DNA of 64,000 nucleotides from Chrysomallon squamiferum (lineage: Eukaryota; Animalia; Mollusca), in the NCBI GenBank assembly GCA_012295275.1, contig CM022671.1:8432001-8496000 (forward strand), in the 5' to 3' direction. Within the stretch, counting starts at the first letter, position 1; each line of letters starts with the position of its first letter. This document shows, one piece after another, positions 57,462 to 64,000 of this stretch. The notes beneath the pieces were generated by a model. The model ran no database searches and was not told the origin of the DNA. It worked only from the letters and a program-made list of their open reading frames with translations. A program made the translations under genes and the position numbers.

Positions 57462-57775
57462 GTAAGTTCCAAGAAATCTTTTTAACAAAGCAATTTTTAT
57501 TCCGAAATGGATTAAAATGTAATTTTCTTTTCATTCATTTATCTGTTAATCTTTCTCTCTCTCGGAACACAAACATATATAGAGACAGACTCAAACAGGT
57601 ACATACGCACATACATCAAGCATACTTCAAAACATGCATAATGATATTTAGACTAAATATTTCCACACCAAATATATGTATGTGTACGTATATATATATA
57701 TATATTAAATTAAAAATTAATATCATTACATAACACAGATTGTTATAACTGAAAACGTAATATAATTATTTACAG

Positions 57776-58150
57776 CACTGTTGCCTGGAGACTTACGCTT
57801 CGAAACTGCATGTCATGGTTCGGACGGAGATAGAATGCTTGAACCCAAGTGTGGTTCAGAGGAACGAATCGTCATTGATACGCAATATGCTCTAACAAAG
57901 CGAAATGACACAGGATGTCCAGATTTGATGACAGTAGATAACAGCAGTCTTTATTACTGTTGCCAGTACAGTGAATCTGACGGTAAAGAGATTTACACTG
58001 GTGATTCCATGATGACTTATTACGAACTATTCACTGGAAAACAAACATTCAGTAGTCCTGCTGCATATCAGAGAATTTCCAGCTCTTCAAGTGCTCTATA
58101 CGGAAGGATCTACTCCACGTACATGATGCTAGAATACTTTTGTATTAGTG
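57776..58150 (+). CDS. Receptor gene B exon 2: SUEL/Gal-lectin-like domain
   Basis: 375-nt phase 1-1 exon with no indels relative to A. About 68% aa identical to A by hand count. Confidence 0.78.
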
Positions 58151-59457
58151 GTATGTTGTTGTTTTTTATTGTAAAATTAACAGCGTTGTGCTATTACTTC
58201 TGTTTTATTAAAACTGTATTAATAATTCATACATATTTACTTTTATCTTAGTTTTTAAATAATTCAGTTTTCAACGTTTTCGTAACTGTCCATGTTTTAT
58301 CTTTAATATTGACTTATTTCTTAGAATTATCTTTTATCTGTTATCTGTTATAATATTATTGGTGTTACTCTATGTTTTATTCAAGGATGCGTTTTTACAT
58401 TTTTCTTCTCCGTATTATTATTATTATTTATTATTATTACTACTACTACTACTTTATTATTATCTTTACTTATTTATTTATTATTATTATCTTTATCAAT
58501 ATTATTATTATTATTATTTTTATTATTATATTTGTAGTAATAGTAGTAGTTATTATTATTATTATTTCTTGCTTTTCCATTTTTTTATTTTAATTCCTTT
58601 TAAACATTCTTCTTGGCCTTCTTTTACTTTTCTTACGTAGTGAAATGTTCACTAGAAATTATGTACCTCTTACCTCTGAGTATAGTGAACTAAATTCTTA
58701 ACATTTTCAATACTTTTAAGCAAAGTATATAATTTCAGAAAATTAATGTAAATATTATTTTACCAGTTTGTAAATTCACACTAGAAGATATTTCATTACC
58801 TACATTAGTTACTGGTATATATTATTTTCTTTTCTGTATTATTATTTTTTATTATCGAGGTGGTGACATCTTATGTTCTATTTCAGTATGCTTATATATA
58901 TTTCTAAATAAGCACATGATATATATATATATAATGAAAATAAATTATCAGATAATTTATAAACATTTGTGCGCGTTAGTTATATACATTATTTATATAT
59001 ATTATAATTGCTGGGTTTTCGTTATTATCTTATTGGAGGTCTGGGGTTTTTGTGGGTTTTTTTATTATTATTACTTATTATCGAGGGTGGCGACATCTTA
59101 TTTTCTATTTCAGTATGCTTATATATATATAAAGAATTATGAGAAGACAATAATTTATAAACATGTGCATTATCTTATATTATTTCATTAATATTCTGAA
59201 TTTTCTTTTCGCATATTTGGAAATAAAATAAACATTTGTGTGCGTTATTATGACATCATATGTTATGAGATCATATTATATTATATTATATTATTATATA
59301 TTATATTATATTATATTATATTATATTATATTATTATATATTATATTATATTATATTATATTATATTATATTATTTTATATTATTATTTCATTTATGTTT
59401 TCTATTTCCTTTTTGTAATTTGGAAAGCAAATGTACAAGACCAAATTTGTTTTACAG

Positions 59458-59802
59458 AAAACGTGACTGCAAGTTTCTCAGACAACAACACATCGCTAAC
59501 TGGAACAGAAGTTTATTTACTGAATACAGAATATCCCGGTCTCATAAATGTCAACAACTCTCTACAAGAGTGCACAGTGTCTACGTCATGCGACACCAAC
59601 ATCGTCATCACCGCTATAGACTTGTCATTGCAATGTCTGCAAGAACTTGAAATCAACGACGGCAGCTACACGAGAAATATCACCTGCAGTAACAACACTG
59701 GATATAATATTACACAAATATATCAGAGTTCTACTAATTTGATTAAACTGAGACTTAATAATGGACAAATAAATGGTGGAAAAATATGGATACAAATAAA
59801 TG
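59458..59802 (+). CDS. Receptor gene B exon 3: CUB-like domain
   Basis: 345-nt phase 1-1 exon, about 88% aa identical to A. Confidence 0.8.
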
Positions 59803-59922
59803 GTAATCAATGACTTTTTTACCCTATGAATTAATTGAATTATTATACTGAAACTGGACAAACATGGGTACAGATAAATGGTAATAAATTACTTTGTTAG
59901 CCTATGAATTAATATGCTGAAT

Positions 59923-59959
<37 letters not shown>

Positions 59960-60298
59960 ATATATGTGCGCACATACACACTACATATACCTACATAATA
60001 CTCCTATTCATACATATATAGTATTTAGTATAAAGATAATAATTGTATTATGATAATCCTTATTATTAACATCATCATCGTCGTCGTCAGATGTATTATT
60101 ACTACTACTGCTACTACTACTGCAACTACTACCACTATTATTATTATTATTATTATTATTATTTAATATTCTGTGTCCTAGCTTCTTCTTTTATGTAAAT
60201 TTATATATGTGTGTGTTCATATTTCTGCATACTACGTGTGTTGGCAAATATATAAGTGCAGGTCTTTGCTGTTTTCCACATTCTCTTGGATAACGTAG

Positions 60299-60436
60299 CC
60301 ACAACCCCTGGTGTTGTTCTAACCCTGACGTGTGGTGTCACTGACCAGACGACCAAAGCGCCATGCATGATAGTCACCACAGCTAAGCCCACCGCGACAT
60401 CTACTGCAGTCATCACCAGCAGAACGTCAATACCAG
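60299..60436 (+). CDS. Receptor gene B exon 4: Thr-rich stalk
   Basis: 138-nt phase 1-1 exon, intact. Confidence 0.75.
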
Positions 60437-60844
60437 GTATAATTAGAACTGTCATTGATCGTTCACAAAATGATAATGCCTCTCTGAAAGTTTCAGAGTT
60501 AATTTATGTTATTACTGCCAGATAAATGTGCATTCATATATATGTTTATAGTAATATGCTAATCACTGATTTATATTTTATTTTATTTGGCATTTTCTTG
60601 CATAATATATAACTCTCAGATATATCCTAACTGACTCTAAGTAGAATTATAGTTTAGTTGTTTTTTAGTTTATAAGATTGTTCATATGTTATAAGGCGAC
60701 GTGCTTTAACACATTTTTAAATCTGCATAACACAAATACTTTTTTTTCTTGGAATGTATCTTTTATTTTAACTGTTACATATTAATATAACACATTTTAC
60801 AGTTCCAAACGTGGTCAGAAAATCAAACATTTAAACTCTTTCAG

Positions 60845-60970
60845 ATGGGACGGCTGGTTTAGATAGTGGAATTTTGGCAGGAATCATCGTATGCATTATA
60901 ATTCTGATAGTGCTGGTGGTTATTCTTGTTATTGTGTTTTGCATACGGTATAAGAAATCGAAAACAAAAC
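60845..60970 (+). CDS. Receptor gene B exon 5: TM exon with a +1 insertion just after the helix
   Basis: Reads cggtatAagaaatcg where A and C read cggtatagaaatcg. It is 126 nt rather than 125, so the spliced product ends RYKKSKTKQGWSG*. Confidence 0.7.
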
Positions 60971-61440
60971 GTAAGTAAGAATTATTTGTAGTAAAAGACA
61001 GTAAGTGTATTTACTACAAGTGGTATTAGCACGTCGTAATAATACTAGTTCCATTATTTTCATAAAATTAATGACTAGCAAAGTGTTTTTAGAGCGCGTT
61101 GCCTTTCCTTTAAGGTGATAGAAGCCTTTTCCTAAAGTAGAACTGAAATGCACTCCTTCCATAGCCTAAGGCCAGGCTTCAAAAGAAAGTTCCAAAAGTA
61201 TCCACCATTCAACTTAAACTTAACCTGGTAAAATTGGTATCTAGATCCAAAGTCTGTTAAACAGACAGGGATATATACATACTTATGTACATATATACAT
61301 AATATACATATACATACAACATACATAAATAAATATATATATATATCAAGATACTCTCACACATACATACATAGATACATAAATATCACTTTTATCATCA
61401 TCAGTATCATAATTGTGATTATACAATGTGTGTTTTTCAG

Positions 61441-61818
61441 AGGGTTGGAGTGGATGACAAAAAGCAAAACAACACAAATGTCTCCCCTCCACCTTTACCC
61501 AACAGACTGTCTCCAACATCGACTGCAGGAAAAGGAAATGGATTACCTTCCACATTAGATAATAAATTAACTCCATTAACAACAACAGCTGGATTGCCGC
61601 CCTCACTTTCAAACGGAGTACAGAATGGTTTTCCTTCATTGCCAGGAAGAGGAAATAAATTGCCAGCAATCGGAGCACAAAACGGATCACTTACATTACC
61701 AACAAGCGGAACAGGGAATGGATTGTCTCCCTCACTAACTTCAGGAGCAGCAGCTGGATTACCTTCTGTACTGACTTCACAAGCACGAAATGGATTGCCT
61801 CCCGTACAGACAATGTAA
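61441..61818 (+). CDS. Receptor gene B exon 6: Pro/Gly-rich tail with diverged repeats, ending LPPVQTM* (out of frame if the exon-5 insertion is real)
   Basis: Phase-0 acceptor ttttcAG, open ORF, AATAAA at about 61853. Confidence 0.65.
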   Translation, partial: RVGVDDKKQNNTNVSPPPLPNRLSPTSTAGKGNGLPSTLDNKLTPLTTTAGLPPSLSNGVQNGFPSLPGRGNKLPAIGAQNGSLTLPTSGTGNGLSPSLTSGAAAGLPSVLTSQARNGLPPVQTM

Positions 61819-64000
61819 CTTAAACGGTTTGTCACCTAGTATCAAGAAATGAAATAAACTGCATTCAACTTCAAAGGAAAGAAAAATACTTATGAAGAAC
61901 ATAGACATTTTAAAATTTTGCTCATCCATATAGTGTTTACAGTTCAGTAGAAATCTGACAAATGTATATAGTCATGAAGAAAAAGTTTTCTAACCATATG
62001 TGATATCACTGAAAACAAATAACAAATAAGTTGTTATATATATTTGTATATGTGTATGTACTACAGTTATTAATTTACGAAGCGTATCTATTTTTATCTA
62101 TTTATTTTTTAATTCATCTAAGCTTAAATGGTCTTTAATTTTGTTTTCTGTTTTAAAATTTCATAAAGAGTCCGATCTTGTTTCATTTTGTTTTCCTAAT
62201 AAAGATAAAAAAAAACACACACACACGCGCACAACTATTCTTACATACACTGATGTTTATACATTATCACATACGTACAATCCGAAAGATAGACATATAC
62301 ACACATATATAAAACAAGCATATGTACATAGAGTATATTAATGACACATTGCAGCTTTTTAATGTATGATCCAAATAGATTACTACTCTTTATAGGCTTA
62401 TTATTCAGCAATAAAGGCGTCATTTTACGTAAGCATTTGTTTTAAAACGTTTCAACAACTGTTTGAAATGTATACGTGCATGTCGATAACCTGCAAAGCT
62501 GACTAGGAATAATAACATTTCAAAGATTAAGGACGTGATTACGTTTTCAACATTTCCTGGCATGTTGCCTGATACAGGGATATAATGTCTTCGTCGTATC
62601 AGAACATGGAATTGTATAATTATATACATTACTGTGACTTGTTTTTGTGGTAAATTAATTTTCTGTAGTTTGGAGATCACGTACATGCTGTGTTAAGGTT
62701 CTGTACTTTACATATCGTTTTAATATTAAATCAATAATTCTTAATGTCAAGAAAATATATCACTGACGTGTCTAATTAATTATTCTTTGTTCAGACTGAC
62801 CCTGTAATGTAATATGATATGATATCATATAATAGAGCATAGTATAGCATAATGCAAAGTAATGCAATACAGTATAGTACATATACAGGCTAAGGTTCCA
62901 TTACTCAGAAACATTAAACAAGCACCAGAAGTAGTAATACCTTAGTTTTCTCACTGCGTAGCAAAATAATACATGTATCCAAGCAAACCGATGCTGTGAG
63001 AACAACCCCCGTGTAATGTTAAATTAAATAAAAATAAACACAGTTTAGGATTAACAGATTTAATTAATTGCGAAGACTCTGTATCTATTTCTGTGTATAT
63101 GTATATATATATGTATATATATATATATATATATATGTCTTTTCTTTATGGTAGTATTAAACTATGAAAAAAATATTATTTATAAGGGGAAAAGCGACTA
63201 AAACAAAGAATGAAAAATAATAGATAAATGTTCAAAGAAAACATTTAACAACAGCAAGAATAATGCTGAATTTAAAAAAATTAAATGAATTTGGTAATAG
63301 GCAACAAAACAACAAACCAACGTTGACATCAAAGGCTGATGGTAAGAATAATATTATAATTTATAATCTATCTATCTATCTATCTATCTCTATATCTGTC
63401 TGTCTATCTATCTATCTATCTCTCTATATCTATCTATCTATCTCTCTATATCTGTCTGTCTATCTATCTATCTATCTATCTCTCTATCTATCTATCTAAT
63501 TAAAAAACAAACAAAATACAAGCAAAACGAAAAAACAAACTACTGATAAAGAGGATCTGGAGAGAATACGAAACAAAATTCATGAAACTTAATACAGGTT
63601 GTTTTACACGACATCAGAATCTGAAGATTCTTGGCTTTCGAATGTAAAATCATGACACTTAATGACACCGATACGTTATCACAACGTCTGTTATTATTTA
63701 TTATTAAATTCTCTGAATTAATTATTTCTTTCTTCTTCTTCTTTAATTATTTATTTTATAATAGAAGATGCCCCTGATTCAACAGAATATCTCCAATGGA
63801 AAAGAAGTGAAATAAATCAGATACCTGTGTCTCGAAATATCTTTATTGTGATGGAAAATGAAAAGATAGCAAAGAACATTATAACTTAATTTTTCTTCTT
63901 AAATATTACATATCTTCGGAAATTTAGTACACGAAGTCACCAATAATAAAAATAACAACAATAATATTAACAGGAAGACTGCAGATAAACAGCTTCTAGG

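Larger units (their letters stand above)
49949..64000 (+). repeat. Segmental duplication unit 3 (runs off the window)
   Basis: Collinear with unit 1. The last bases correspond to about 36.9 kb of unit 1. Confidence 0.85.

Overview
AT-rich, microsatellite-dense animal genomic DNA with GT-AG introns. The tRNA-derived and Deu/Nin-like SINE remnants suggest a mollusc, which is an inference. Most entries in the six-frame ORF track are simple-repeat artefacts. Bases 1-14.2 kb hold the 5' part of an unidentified minus-strand gene: a CpG-retaining promoter near 14.2 kb, probable UTR exons, and coding exons at 5484-5089 and 796-733. From about 21.2 kb to the end there is a three-unit tandem segmental duplication (about 21.2-37.3, 37.3-49.9 and 49.9-64+ kb). 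Each unit is a head-to-head pair from one six-exon type-I membrane protein family: signal peptide, SUEL/Gal-lectin-like Cys domain, CUB-like domain, Thr-rich stalk, TM, and a cytoplasmic tail of 12-aa RLPPLPP-type repeats. The leftward paralog in each unit is a pseudogene, with a shared TGA in the CUB exon and a Tigger/pogo insertion at its 5' end in units 1 and 2. The three rightward paralogs differ strongly in the lectin-like exon (40 of 125 aa between A and B, against 14 of 115 aa in CUB, with about equal synonymous counts). As assembled they encode complementary truncated forms: a soluble ectodomain (A), a headless TM-plus-tail protein with two alternative tail exons (C), and a tail-less membrane form (B). 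The cluster also shows an inversion with duplicated breakpoints, templated insertions and mosaic exons. Domain names come from motif pattern recognition, not database searches.
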